A stretch of DNA of 64,000 nt from Eledone cirrhosa. Its lineage: Eukaryota. The notes under the pieces are model-generated. The model saw only the letters and a program-made list of their open reading frames with translations, had not been told where the DNA came from and made no database searches. Positions 49,479-61,220 of the stretch are shown here, in pieces; positions within the stretch are counted from its first letter, which is position 1; every line of letters begins with the position of its first letter. The translations under genes were made by a program, and so were the position numbers. The stretch is from the NCBI GenBank assembly GCA_964016885.1, contig OZ024741.1, forward strand, positions 74,338,001 to 74,402,000. Direction: 5' to 3'.

Positions 49479-52400
49479 ATTAAGAAAGGTGGGATCTTGT
49501 TCATACATTCTATTTTGGCATGATTTCTACACTTGGATGTCCTTCCTAGCATACTGATGGGGGTGGTGACCTAAATAATACACACACATATATATATCTT
49601 GTATACATAGTAAAATATTGGAAGATGAGAAAAAGAAAAACTGTGCTCAATCAGGAATGAGAGCTGATATATTATTTATGTTCATACACAGAACAAAAAT
49701 GCTACCTAAGGTTTGAAGGCCCTGTTTTGACCATTCCCCCAGATTGTAAGATCAATCAAATTTGTGACCTAGTAATTAGGTGCTTGGAAATATTTGAAGA
49801 TACTGTTAAAAATATAGCATGTTAAACACTTCTTGATGAAAATATAGTATAACAAAGGGAAATAACTCAAAGATATAAATTTGAAATGGCAATGTAGGTG
49901 AATATGTGTGAGTGTGTGCACAATATAGAAGATGTATGGTATTATGTGGTGGTATGTAATATAGAGATGCTTATATCTATTAAGCTATGGAATTCAGTAG
50001 TATAGAAAGTGTACTGTTTAACATCAAGTTAAGAAAGTATAGAAATAAATATTAAGGTAACTGAAAAACAGTTGAATTCATTGAGTATTTCGACTTAGCA
50101 AGGAGTTGGCCTTTGAGATGTAATTATTGTTTGGAAACACAAAACCTTGTAATATACTAAATTTTTCAGTTAAGAAAAAAAAAAATGTTGCCATTTTTTC
50201 ACTTTTTCCTCTATCTATTTCTTCTATCTTCTGATGAAGGACTAAGCCAAAATATTAAGACATTTTCCTTACAATATCAAGTGTTAAACTAATATATACC
50301 ATCATTGTAATGTATTGTTTTTTCCTTGATGGTTTTTCACACACATAAATATCAGAAAGCTAGGTGTAGATGAGAGGTTTGTAGGAACAATGCCAACCAT
50401 GCACAGAGATGGTGTTAGCAAAGTGAGAGAAGGTTTGTGGAATTCATTGTGAAAGTAGGTGTTTATCAAGGCTCTGTCCCCAACCTACTCCTGTTTACTA
50501 TAAAGCTCCAGGCCACAACAGAAGAGTTTAAGACTGGCTGATGACATGGTTCTTATAGCAGAATCTGTGTTATTCCTGGCTTCTTTAAGAGTTTAAATGG
50601 TTATGTTATGTCTCAAACTGCTAGACAAGTATAATCTTTTTCAGACCAAAACTGGCTCTGGTTGTATGGAATAAAACCCATTTTAATGAATTCCTATCTA
50701 AATCAAAATCTTCAAATATAATTTCATATAAGAACCATGTGTAAAGTCACTATCTTAGAAATGAAATAATAACTTTAGTAAAAGTCTTGAAATTCTGCAT
50801 GAGAAATATGGTTACAAAAGGGTTAAACTGAAATACTATAAGACATATCTATTGACTGACAAACAAGAGGTAATTAATAATAGTGGACAGAAAACAACAG
50901 TGGAATTCATGAAAGTGTCAAAATAAATTGAAAACTGGCCATCTGAATCTAAAGAAATATTTAGATTTTTAGAATTAAGGTTTGACACAAAGTTTGATAT
51001 ATTGATAATATAAACTATTTAAACAGCATTGCTTAACAAGAAACGTCCCTCCATCTCTTTCTACACACACATCAGTTATATATGTATATATCATACTCAT
51101 TTTCCTTCACCTATCGTCACTCATTCTTTAATCAAACTTGTGTGTGTGTATGCATGTAAGTAAGTGTGTGTGTAAGTATAAATGTCTTTGGTTGTGGTCA
51201 GAACAACATTAATATATTGATAAAGTATAATTGGCAAAAGTACTAAACTGTTTATCTCTTGGGTAAAAAAAAAATATAATAAAACATTGTTTGTAATTTG
51301 AATCTAGCACTTATATAAATATATTTTTTATCTAAGTGGTAAACACATATACTTTATGTATGTATACATATGTGTGTGTGTGTGTGTGTGTTGTTATACA
51401 TTGGGAAGGTCATTTTGCCTATTAAAACACCCACACATGCATCAGTTGAGTTAAAGAAATCATTAATAATCAGGTAATTTATGGCAGTGGATTGGTAGAA
51501 TCATTAGAGCACTGAATGCTTAGCAGTATTTGTTTTGGTTCTTTACTTTCTTGGTTCAAATCTCACAGAGGTTAACTTTGCCTTTCATCCTTATGGGGTC
51601 AATAAAATGAAATACCAGCTGAATATTGAGGGTCAACATAATTGACTTTCCTCACCTGAAAATTTCTGGCCTTGTGCCTAAATTAGAAGTCATTATTAAT
51701 CAGGTATTTAAACCATTCATCAGTTGGTTAATCAACCAATCAATTAATTACCTAATCATCAGAACACATTTATTACAGAGTCTGTGCCAATTTTTTGATA
51801 TAAATTTATTCTCAACTGTTTATTCTTACTGTTGATTTCTATATATAATATTTATATATGATACACCCATGATATATATCATCCCTTTTTCCCTATCACA
51901 TCACTCCTTTAACCCTTTAGCATTTAAACCAGCTGTATCTGGCAAGAACTATTTCACCTCTTTCTGTTCAAACTGGGTGTAACTGGCCTCTCATACCTAC
52001 ATTAAGGTATTGTTCTCAAAATAAATACCATCAAAATCTCATAGATTTGATGTCATGTAAGCTAATTATGTAAGATAACGCATTTACTGTGAAAATACAA
52101 TAGTAAATATAGAATAATGTAAACGTCAAACACTCATAGCATTATACTTGTCATACTCCTTTCCCTTCACCTATTGACACTCTTTAATCAAACTTATGAC
52201 CCTTCTTACCTATGGCTATCTCCTCCAAACATGTTTCACTTGCAACAAGTCATCACCCTCTTCCCATAGGGTAGAGAAGGTTTTTCAGCTGGCACCATGT
52301 AAAATGAACTAAATACACCCTGTAAAGCAGGTGATAGGAAAAGTATTCAGCTGTAGAAAACTTGCCAAACAGAGAGGACAATTTAGTTATGTCAAACTAA

Positions 52401-52743
52401 TGACCACTTTCCTATTGCTAAACCCATGATAAAATGAACCCATTATACTCTGTAAAATGCAACAGATGTGGCTCCTGCCTATCTGAGAGGTCAGTAGCTT
52501 TGATTAAATTAAGTACTGACTTAGTCATTGACAATCTGCCCAACTGTTACTAGCAAGGAAAATGGATGTTAAATGATGATGATGTATATATCTCCCCCCC
52601 CCCCCCCCCCACACACACTCTCTCTCTTTATATATATATATATATTTTAATATAGAAGAGCTCTTCCATATTAAAACATTTATACTCTGCTATGTATTGA
52701 GTACCTTACTTACTGTGGTTACCTCCGATTCAACCCGGAATAA

Positions 52744-52796
<53 letters not shown>

Positions 52797-52845
52797 TCAT
52801 CAACGTTTAACGTCCATGTTCCACGCTTGCATATATATATATGAA

Positions 52846-53173
52846 AGCTTGTGAGTTCAATTCTCAGACCGTGTGATGTGTTGTTTTCTTGAGCAAGACA
52901 CTTTATTTCACATTGTTCCAGTTTACTCAGCTGTAGAAATGAGATGATAGGGATTGGGATCCCTATCATTCCACTGCAAAATGGTCGTGGAGGTGCCACG
53001 GCAAAAAAGCACCCAGCCCACACTGTAAAGTGTACATGTAGGCGCTACAGATAAAAAGCACCCAGCACTCACTGTAAATGAGGTTGGTGTTAGGAAGGGC
53101 ATCCAGCTGTAGAAATCAAGCCAGAATCAGTTCCTGTCCCACCCTTGCAAGCAGGGAAAAGCGGACGTAAAAT
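52846..53173 (+). mobile_element. SINE family B copy (5'-truncated)
   Basis: B-box, CORE-like centre and RTE-type tail. Confidence 0.8.
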
Positions 53174-53190
53174 AAAATGAAATGATATAT

Positions 53191-54811
53191 ATCATCATCA
53201 TCATCATCATCGTTTAACGTCCATATTCCACGCTTGTATGGGTTTGGACGGGAGTTTTCCCACTTGAGGCAAGAGTGGCTGTCTTGCTCGCATAGGACTG
53301 TCTGGCGGGTTTTCTACGGCTGGATGCCCTTCCTAACACCAACCACGTTTACAGTGTGGACTGGGAGGTTTTTTACCGTGTTACCTACACGGCCACATTA
53401 CAGCGTGGACTGTGTGTTTTTTTGTCGTGACACCTACACGACCTCATTTGTTTCGGACTGGATGTTGTGGTACCAACATAATTTTACATTGAAAGGGGTG
53501 GTGTGGATGGGGTAGGGGTAGTGGGACGGGGGGTATTTTTGTTAGAGGTGCCTACTGACTGTAGTAGGTTTCACTTTGTACTTAGGTAAGGTGGGTCTTC
53601 TGTATTACTGTGTAGCACCAAAGCTCTTGGTCCAGTGACATTGTCTTGGAGAGGTGTAAGTGTGTGAGGTCGGAATTTATCAAGTCGTCCCAGGTTTTTC
53701 TGGGTCTGCCTACTCCGTGGCTACCGTTTATTTTTATTGCCCTGCACTTTTTTATACAGCTGTCGTCTTTCATGCGCATCACGTGACCATACCAACGTAG
53801 TCTTCTCTCGAGTAAACAACATCTGATCCCTCTTATTTCTAATTTTTCCCTTAGTTCATTTATGCTTTGCCGTTCACGTATATTACTATTACACATCCAG
53901 TGGAGCATGCAAGCTTCGTTCCTCTCCAGTCTGCGTATATCCTCTGCACACAATGCCCAGGTCTCACTGCCATGTAACATTGCTGTTCGTATGCAGGCAT
54001 CATACAGCCTGCCTTTCATTTTTAGAGAGAATCCTTTAGCGGCTAATAGTGGTATAAGCTCTCTGAACTTTTTCCATCCCGTTCTGACTCTAGCTACTGT
54101 ACTTTCAGAGCACCCTCCCCCACTGCTGATTTTGTCACACAGTTAACGGAAGCTGTCCAATATTTCTATAGAACCCTCTGCGCAGTTGAAGGAGCTAGTA
54201 TTTTGTGGGCACTTGCTGCTACTTATTGCACCAGAGCACCGGCCACATATAAAATCTATGTTCTTAGTTAGCTTACCTGTGATCCCACTACATCTTTTAT
54301 GCACCCATACTTTGCATTTGGGACATAAAATGGAGTTTCTACCTACTCCTTTCCTACACACTGAGCATGGTCATTTCCCGGATCGGACCGGTGCCCTATT
54401 TTCCTTCCTACAAACTAGAACTTTAGTCTTAGACAGGTTAATTTTAAGGCCTTTTGATTCTAGGCCATGCTTCCATGTTTGGAATTTCTTCTCTAGTTCG
54501 GCCATTGATTCAGCTATGAGCGTTAGATCATCTGCGTATAAGAGTTCCCATGGGCAGCCGGTCTTGAACTCCATTGTTATAGCCTGAAGGACAATAATAA
54601 ATAGTAGGGGCTAAGAACGGAGCCCTGATGAACACCAACTTTTACGCTAAACTCTATATTCGTTGTTAATTCTAACCTTGCTGACTGTTTCTTTATACAT
54701 GGCTTGTATAGCTCTCACAAGCCATTCATCAACACCTAGTTTTCTCAGAGCCCACCAGATAATGGAACGGGGGACTCTGTCAAAGGCTTTCTCCAAGTCG
54801 ACAAAAGCTAA
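53191..54811 (-). mobile_element. 5'-truncated RTE LINE, same subfamily as 16671-20292, with full 3' UTR
   Basis: ORF pieces 54371-54574, 54143-54361 and 53582-54019 are nearly identical in protein to the 19253-20245 ORFs; (GAT)n tail at the 3' end, (TA)-rich at the 5' junction. Confidence 0.92.
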
Positions 54812-55578
54812 GTATATATATAAAATATATATATATAATAAAATGAAATGATATATATGAGTTGAATTTCAGAATCAATTCCTGTCAAAAGTCAGACTAG
54901 ATGAATTAAGTTATAGTTTATCAACCTTGCACTAAACTTTATACATTAATTAACTGTAAAATGATGATAGATTAGCAGAATAGTTAGTGTCAGGTAAAAT
55001 GTGCTGTGATTCTGCAATATTTAATTGCCATACTTTATATTCTGAGTTCTCATTCTACGGATTCCCCCAAAAATAAGTACCTGTCAAATATTAAGGTCAA
55101 TATAATACCCCAACCTATTAATGGATGCTTCTGATTACTGAAAGATCAAGCAATAGAACATTTACCAGTATTAGTGTGTATCCAGTTTATACAGAGTACA
55201 TCATATAACTGCATGTCATAAGAAGCAACTAAAAAGTTTGTCACCAGAAATAGCACCTGGCTGTAAAACATTGTCTCAACTATACCCCTATGATGAGTAG
55301 AGGGCCTGTCAGGTTAATCTCTGTCATTGGCAGAGACAATAGCCTTAAAATGCTGGTTGAGGATAATTAAAAGGTACGAGATGCTGTCAGAACTTGTTTT
55401 TGGTAGAAGCAATGTAGTATATACAAATATGAACAAGACTGGCAACTGACACGAAGTCAGCTCAAGTTCAATTACAGTCAATATCAACATTTTTTTATCC
55501 TTCCAAGAAAATATGTACCAGTAATCTACTTTGGGGAGACACGTGGCCTATTGGTAAGGGTGCTGGACTTATGATCAT

Positions 55579-55765
55579 AATTGTTTCTACGTTAGGCACA
55601 AGGCCAGCAATTACCCAGTGTATTACTGGTACTTTATTTTATCGACCCCGTAAGGATGAAAGGTAAAGTTAACCTCGGCGGGATTTGAACTCAGAATGGC
55701 AAGGGCCGTAACTCTATGCGTCAAAGCATGGTGTCCGACCCTCTACCGATACTGCCAATCCACCG
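55579..55765 (-). mobile_element. SINE family A copy inserted in an older CORE-like SINE head
   Basis: TSD GACTTATGATCATAAT. Confidence 0.85.
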
Positions 55766-56756
55766 ACTTATGATCATAATGTTGTGGGTTGTGTGTTGTG
55801 CTCCTGAGCAAATCACTTCATTTCATATTGCTCCAGTATACTCAGCTGAAAATGAGTACCAGCAATAACTGGGGTTTTACCCTGCGATGGACTGGTGTCC
55901 TGTCCAGGGGTAAGTCTTGTACTCTCAGTCACTTCACAACATGAAACTGGGATAAACACCGGCCAAATGAGCTATCTGGCTTAAAACAGACTTTAGACTT
56001 TAGAATCTATTTTGGAACCCCCTCCTGTTTGTTACACCCCACTCCCATCACTGCTTCAACAGGATGAACTGTGATGGTGCCAAGATAAATAAAATAGACC
56101 CAGCCCACTCTGTAAGGTGGTAGTGCTTGTGCCATGATAAAAAGCACCCAGCCACTCTGTAAAGTGTGCTAATGCCATGACAAAAATCATCTAGTCTATC
56201 CATTTAGGTGGTAGTACCAGAGTAATGATAAAATGCTCCTAGTACACACTATAACAAGATTGGCATTAGAAAGTGCATCCAGCCATAGAAACCAAGTCAA
56301 ATAAGGAGTGTATGAGCAAGATATGTTCACCTGACCAATCTATCCTCAGTTCATGACAGCATGTTTAACTTATGCAAGCATGGAAAATATATGTTAAATG
56401 GTGATGATGATAATTCAACTAAATACATCTAGTCAAATACATCTAATCAAATATATAAGCTCTCAGTACACCTTAAGAAAAAAACCAATATAGTTAAACC
56501 TTTGAAAATAGGTTTTCATTTTATTTTCGAATAATTGGATACATAAGTCAATTATATTGTAAATGTATAATGTTAGCTATTTTAAAAGTACACAAAAGCT
56601 GTTAAATTTACTTTTTATTTATCATTTATTTCTTTGTGTAAAACTTTTCAACAGTGTTTGTCAATAGGTTGAAAACAGTGCAACGAAAATGTTGACACTA
56701 AAATATATATGATAAATGTAAAATGAAGTTAAATATATAATAAATACAGTAAAAAT

Positions 56757-56940
56757 AATTGTTTCTACTTTAGGCACAAGGCCAGCAATTACCCAGTGCA
56801 TTACTGGTACTTTATTTTATCGACCCCGTAAGGATGAAAGGCAAAGTCAACCTCGGCGGGATTTGAACTCAGATCATAAAGGGACGTAACTATGCTGGAA
56901 AGCATGGCGTCCGACCCTCTACCGATACTGCCAATCCACC
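56757..56940 (-). mobile_element. SINE family A copy
   Basis: TSD AAATACAGTAAAAATAAT. Confidence 0.85.
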
Positions 56941-57498
56941 AAATACAGTAAAAATAATGATTGGCCAGCATGCCTTTGATGTAATGGTTAAACAATCTCA
57001 CCTGGCACTAAAAAGATGCACAGTTTAATTCCCAGCAGGTGTCTGTCAAATTTTCTCTGTCTCGAGGTGTACTTTACCTGATTTTATTCAACCATTATTT
57101 ATGGTTATCAACTATTATCTAAGTTATTCACATGCATATATACATTGAAAAACAATATACTTTAAAGCATATAGTAATATTTCATTTACTATTAATAACT
57201 CTTAACATCCTGAACTACATAAAAACCAGATTAGTATGACATTCTTGAAAAGTAAAAAAACAGCACTATAACTGCATCACATTAGAAAGTCTAATACAGC
57301 AAATTTTCACAACAATCTGTCCACTAGTAAATATACTCTAAATATATGAATTAACAAATCTGTTTTAGATATTTTCTGCTAAATCATTACAGAATGTTAA
57401 GAATTAAACAATAACGTAATTATAGTTCATCATCATTTAACATGATATACACAGATGACACACACAACAAACATTATATATATATATATATATATATA

Positions 57499-58002
57499 CA
57501 GGGCGATTGAAAAGTAACTCCCTATTTTAAATTTCTTATAATTTATTTCTTAACTATTATTTTTATAAGAAATGAATATGAGAAGTAAGCATATAGCATG
57601 GAGTTTTATGTACAATTCAATATGGGCACCAGCTTCTCAAGTGCCTGGGAACTGCATCAACTGATTTCACCAGGAACGCTTGAGGGATGGAAGACATAAC
57701 TTCTTGTATTCGCCCTTCAAGTTCTTTCAAAGTCATTGGTTTGGTAGAGGAGACTTGCTACTTTAACCAACTCCAAAGAAAAAAGTCACAGGGTGTTAGT
57801 CAGGGCTTCTGGCTGGCCACCCATGCAGACCACAACAACCCATCCATCTCAGAGGGAAGTGGGCATTCAGCCATTCACAAACAACAATAGCAAAATCAAA
57901 TCTTCAATATTCTCCCAAGTACTGATAACTGGCCGGATTTAATCTTGCAGCACGGTAAGGTACCTTTTGGCATTCAATAGGGAGTTTTTTTCAATCAATC
58001 TG
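57499..58002 (-). mobile_element. Internally deleted Tc1/mariner-superfamily transposon
   Basis: TIRs CAGGGCGATTGAAAAGTAACTCCCTATT / AATAGGGAGTTTTTTTCAATCAATCTG flanked by TA. The minus strand retains WPARSPD.TPCDFFLWSWLK and KPMTLKELEGRIQEV. Confidence 0.8.
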
Positions 58003-58007
58003 TATAT

Positions 58008-58397
58008 ATAATATAAGATCAAAAGATGGTTAAAAGAGTTCCATGTATTTTATTAAGCGCATTTCAAAAATAAATATGAGATGACATTTGCGTTTTCGTC
58101 AGATAAAATAGGGACACATGATATGAAGGTTAAAAATATGTTGATTTAAAACTCCACTATTCACAAGTGTTTTTTAACCTTCATATCATGTATCCCTATT
58201 TTATCTGACGAAAACGCAAATGTCATCTCATGATGATATTTGTTTTTGTTTTTGAAATGTGCATAATAAAATACATGGAACTCTTTTAACCATCTTTTGA
58301 TCTTATATTATTTATACTCCAGTCCTACAAACTGTAGAGTGCTACTTATCCGATATCTGCATTGCTTTATTGTACTACAATAAAACTCACCTCCTAC
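58008..58397. mobile_element. Fold-back element in (TA)n with a minimal hammerhead in each arm
   Basis: Arms 58008-58136 and 58170-58311, plus ~85-nt tail. Plus-strand motif 58197-58273 TATTTTAT-CTGACGA-long stem II-GAAA-TGTGCA-TA-ATAAAATA; minus-strand copy 58046-58110. Confidence 0.75.
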
Positions 58398-59092
58398 ATA
58401 TATATATATATATAAAATAATTAGGAATGAGGTGTCAGAGTATCATCATTAAATTTATTCAAATGTGATACACGTTTCGCTATTGATCAGCTCAAAGTTC
58501 GATCTGTATCGATTGGGCCCAACTCTGGAATAGAGAAGCTCATTAGATTCTTGATTTGTTAATGATGGGAGATATCCATGCACAGCTTCAAAAGAAACCA
58601 TTTCTATTCCAGTTGGGGTATTCTGTCATTCTTTGTTTTGATTGAGGGTACCAGAATGAAAGGGAGAGGTGAGAGAAAAGGAAGTAATGAGAGAAAGGAA
58701 GAAAGAGGGGCTAATCTATCTCCAGCAAAATTTTATTTTAAGTGGTAGTATTCCTGCGACAATTAATTTTCTTTAAACATAAAAAAAAACATACATTATA
58801 AAATAAATAGGAAATATTGGGGTCTCAATATGTAAACTAACTGACCAATTCTGGTTATTAAAAAAAATCAACGGAGACAACCTAGAAAATCTACCACTTT
58901 TCCAACACCCCCTATTAGTTGGGACCAGAGTCATCATCATCGTCATCACCACTTTATGTCCATTCTTCCACGCTAGCATGGGTTAGACGGGTTGTCCTGT
59001 TGTGGGTAATGCCAGGTCAGGTGACCATGTCTTGCTCATACAGAACTGATTTTGGCTTGATTTCTACAGCTAGATGCCCTTCCTAACACCAA

Positions 59093-59140
<48 letters not shown>

Positions 59141-59497
59141 GAAGGCGCATGGCTTAGTGGTTAGAGCATTGGGCTTGCAATCGAAAGGTTGTGAGTTCAA
59201 CTCCCGGACCGGGTGATGTGTTGTTTCCTTGAGCAAGACACTTTATTTCACATTGCTCCAGTTTACTCAGCTGTAGAAATGAGATGATAGGACTGGGGGT
59301 CCCTATACTTCCACTGCAAAGTGGTCATGGAGGTGCCACAGCAAAAAAGCACCCAGCACTCACTGTAAATGAGGTTGGTGTTAGGAATCAGTTCCCGTAT
59401 GAGCAAGCCAAGGTCAGCTGACCGGACACTGCCCACAACATGACAACGCATCTAACCCATGCTAGCGTGGAAGAACGGACGTAAAACGGTGATCATG

Positions 59498-59499
<2 letters not shown>
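59141..59499 (+). mobile_element. SINE family B, complete head to tail
   Basis: tRNA-like head, CORE-like centre, and a tail matching the 3' UTR of RTE 44115-45378 with an internal deletion. Confidence 0.85.
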
Positions 59500-59529
<30 letters not shown>

Positions 59530-59780
59530 ATAATTATAGTGATTGACTATAATTACAGTAATTTGTGTTGGAATGGCTATATTTCAAATTTCATCAATCT
59601 ATCTATATATATTGTTATACTTTGGGAGGGTTATGTTGCCAATAAGAACCTTGCTAAACAAATTCAGAAACGAAATATCTATATATAGTTGTACACAAAC
59701 ACATATATATACATATATATCTCTATGTGCTTTTATACATACACACACACACATCTTTCCCCACAAACCTATTTATTATA

Positions 59781-60574
59781 TGCCATTAATTGTTTCTACT
59801 TTAGGCACAAGGCCAGCAATTACCCAGTGCATTACTGGTACTTTATTTTATCGACCCCGTAAGGATGAAAGGCAAAGTCAACCTCGGCGGGATTTGAACT
59901 CAGATCGTAAAGGGACGTAACTATGCTGGAAAGCATGGCATCCGACCCTCTACCGATACTGCCAATCCACTGCCATTAATGTTACTAGATATAGGCGGTG
60001 GATTGGCAATATCGGTAGAGAGTCGGACGCCATGCTTTGACGTAGAGAGTCGGACGCCATGCTTTGACGCATAGAGTTACGTCCCTTTATGATCTGAGTT
60101 CAAATCCCGCCGGGGTTAACTTTGCCTTTCATCCTTACGGGGTCGATAAAATAAAGTACCAGTAATGTACTGGGTAATTGCTGGCCTTGTGCCTAATCAT
60201 CATCATCATCATCATCATTTCATTTTACGTCCACTTTTCCCTGCTTGCAAGGGTGGGACGGGAACTGATTCTGGCTTGATTTCTACAGCTGGATGCCCTT
60301 CCTAACACCAACCTCATTTACAGTGAGTGCTGGGTGCTTTTTTTGCCGTGGCACCTGCACGACCACTTTGCAGTGGAATGATAGGGACCCCAGTCCCTAT
60401 CATCTCATTTCTACAGCTGAGTAAACTGGAGCAATGTGAAATAAAGTGCCTTGCTGAAGGAAACAACACATCACCCGGTCTGAGAATTGAACTCACAACC
60501 TTTCGATTGCAAGGCCAATGCTCTAACCACTAAGCCATGTGCCTCTAATATAGAAACAATTAATGTTACTAGAT
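59781..60574. mobile_element. Stack of three SINEs: A(-) 59788-59974, A(+) 59993-60560 interrupted by B(-) 60197-60544
   Basis: TSDs TGCCATTAAT (59781/59971) and ATTAATGTTACTAGATA (59975/60558). Confidence 0.85.
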
Positions 60575-60829
60575 AACATATAACATTCTATGGTGCCACA
60601 CTTACCAAAACTAATTTTCTTATACTGTCAACATCTGGCATACATACACACACATACACACATTTATGCATATAAATATATACATATACAAACATAGATT
60701 CATGGAAAGAAATATGATAGCTAGAATTGAGACAGGTGTCAACTGTAGACATATTTTTTGCCAGGAGGGGGAGGAGGAAGAATAAATAACAAACAAACAA
60801 GGAGAGGCAGGTCAAAAAGTATCCAGTGC

Positions 60830-61220
60830 AAGCATAATTTTTCCTGGGAAGATGTTGAAATATGAAGAGTAATAGGAGAGGAAAAGGTAGGGAGGAAGTG
60901 TATAGGAAGTTTGAGGAGAATGTGGTGGGTTAGGAGATGGGTGAATGAGAGGAGTAGGTGTTGAGGTAGCAGAGGATTGCATGTAGGAGGAGATAGGAAT
61001 GGAGAAGATGAGTGTAGGAGGGTAAGGGTGAAGGAGAGGTTGAGGTGAGTGGGTAAATAATGAGTGGGAAGAGGGAGTGAGGGGGATGCAGAGGATTTAA
61101 GGGCAGGGGGGGGATAAGGAGGAGGTGAAGTGTGGAAGTGGGATGGGAGGTGTGGAAGTGGGGTGAGGAGAGGTGGAAGTGGGGTGAGGAGAGGTGGTTG
61201 GGGGAGATGGTGAGGGACAG
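60830..61220 (+). repeat. G/A-rich low-complexity tract
   Basis: Purine-rich with GGAAGTGGGGTGAGGAGAGGT repeats; a similar tract lies at 2330-2500. Confidence 0.8.

Noticed and set aside
59141-59215. tRNA gene
   Set aside because: A tRNA-like SINE head without a convincing acceptor stem, continuing into the SINE body; multi-copy.
60606-60640. Possible upstream DGK exon (GTAAGT donor near 60605, minus strand)
   Set aside because: The peptide DVDSIRKLVL does not match the expected upstream C1a/linker sequence, and the acceptor is weak.
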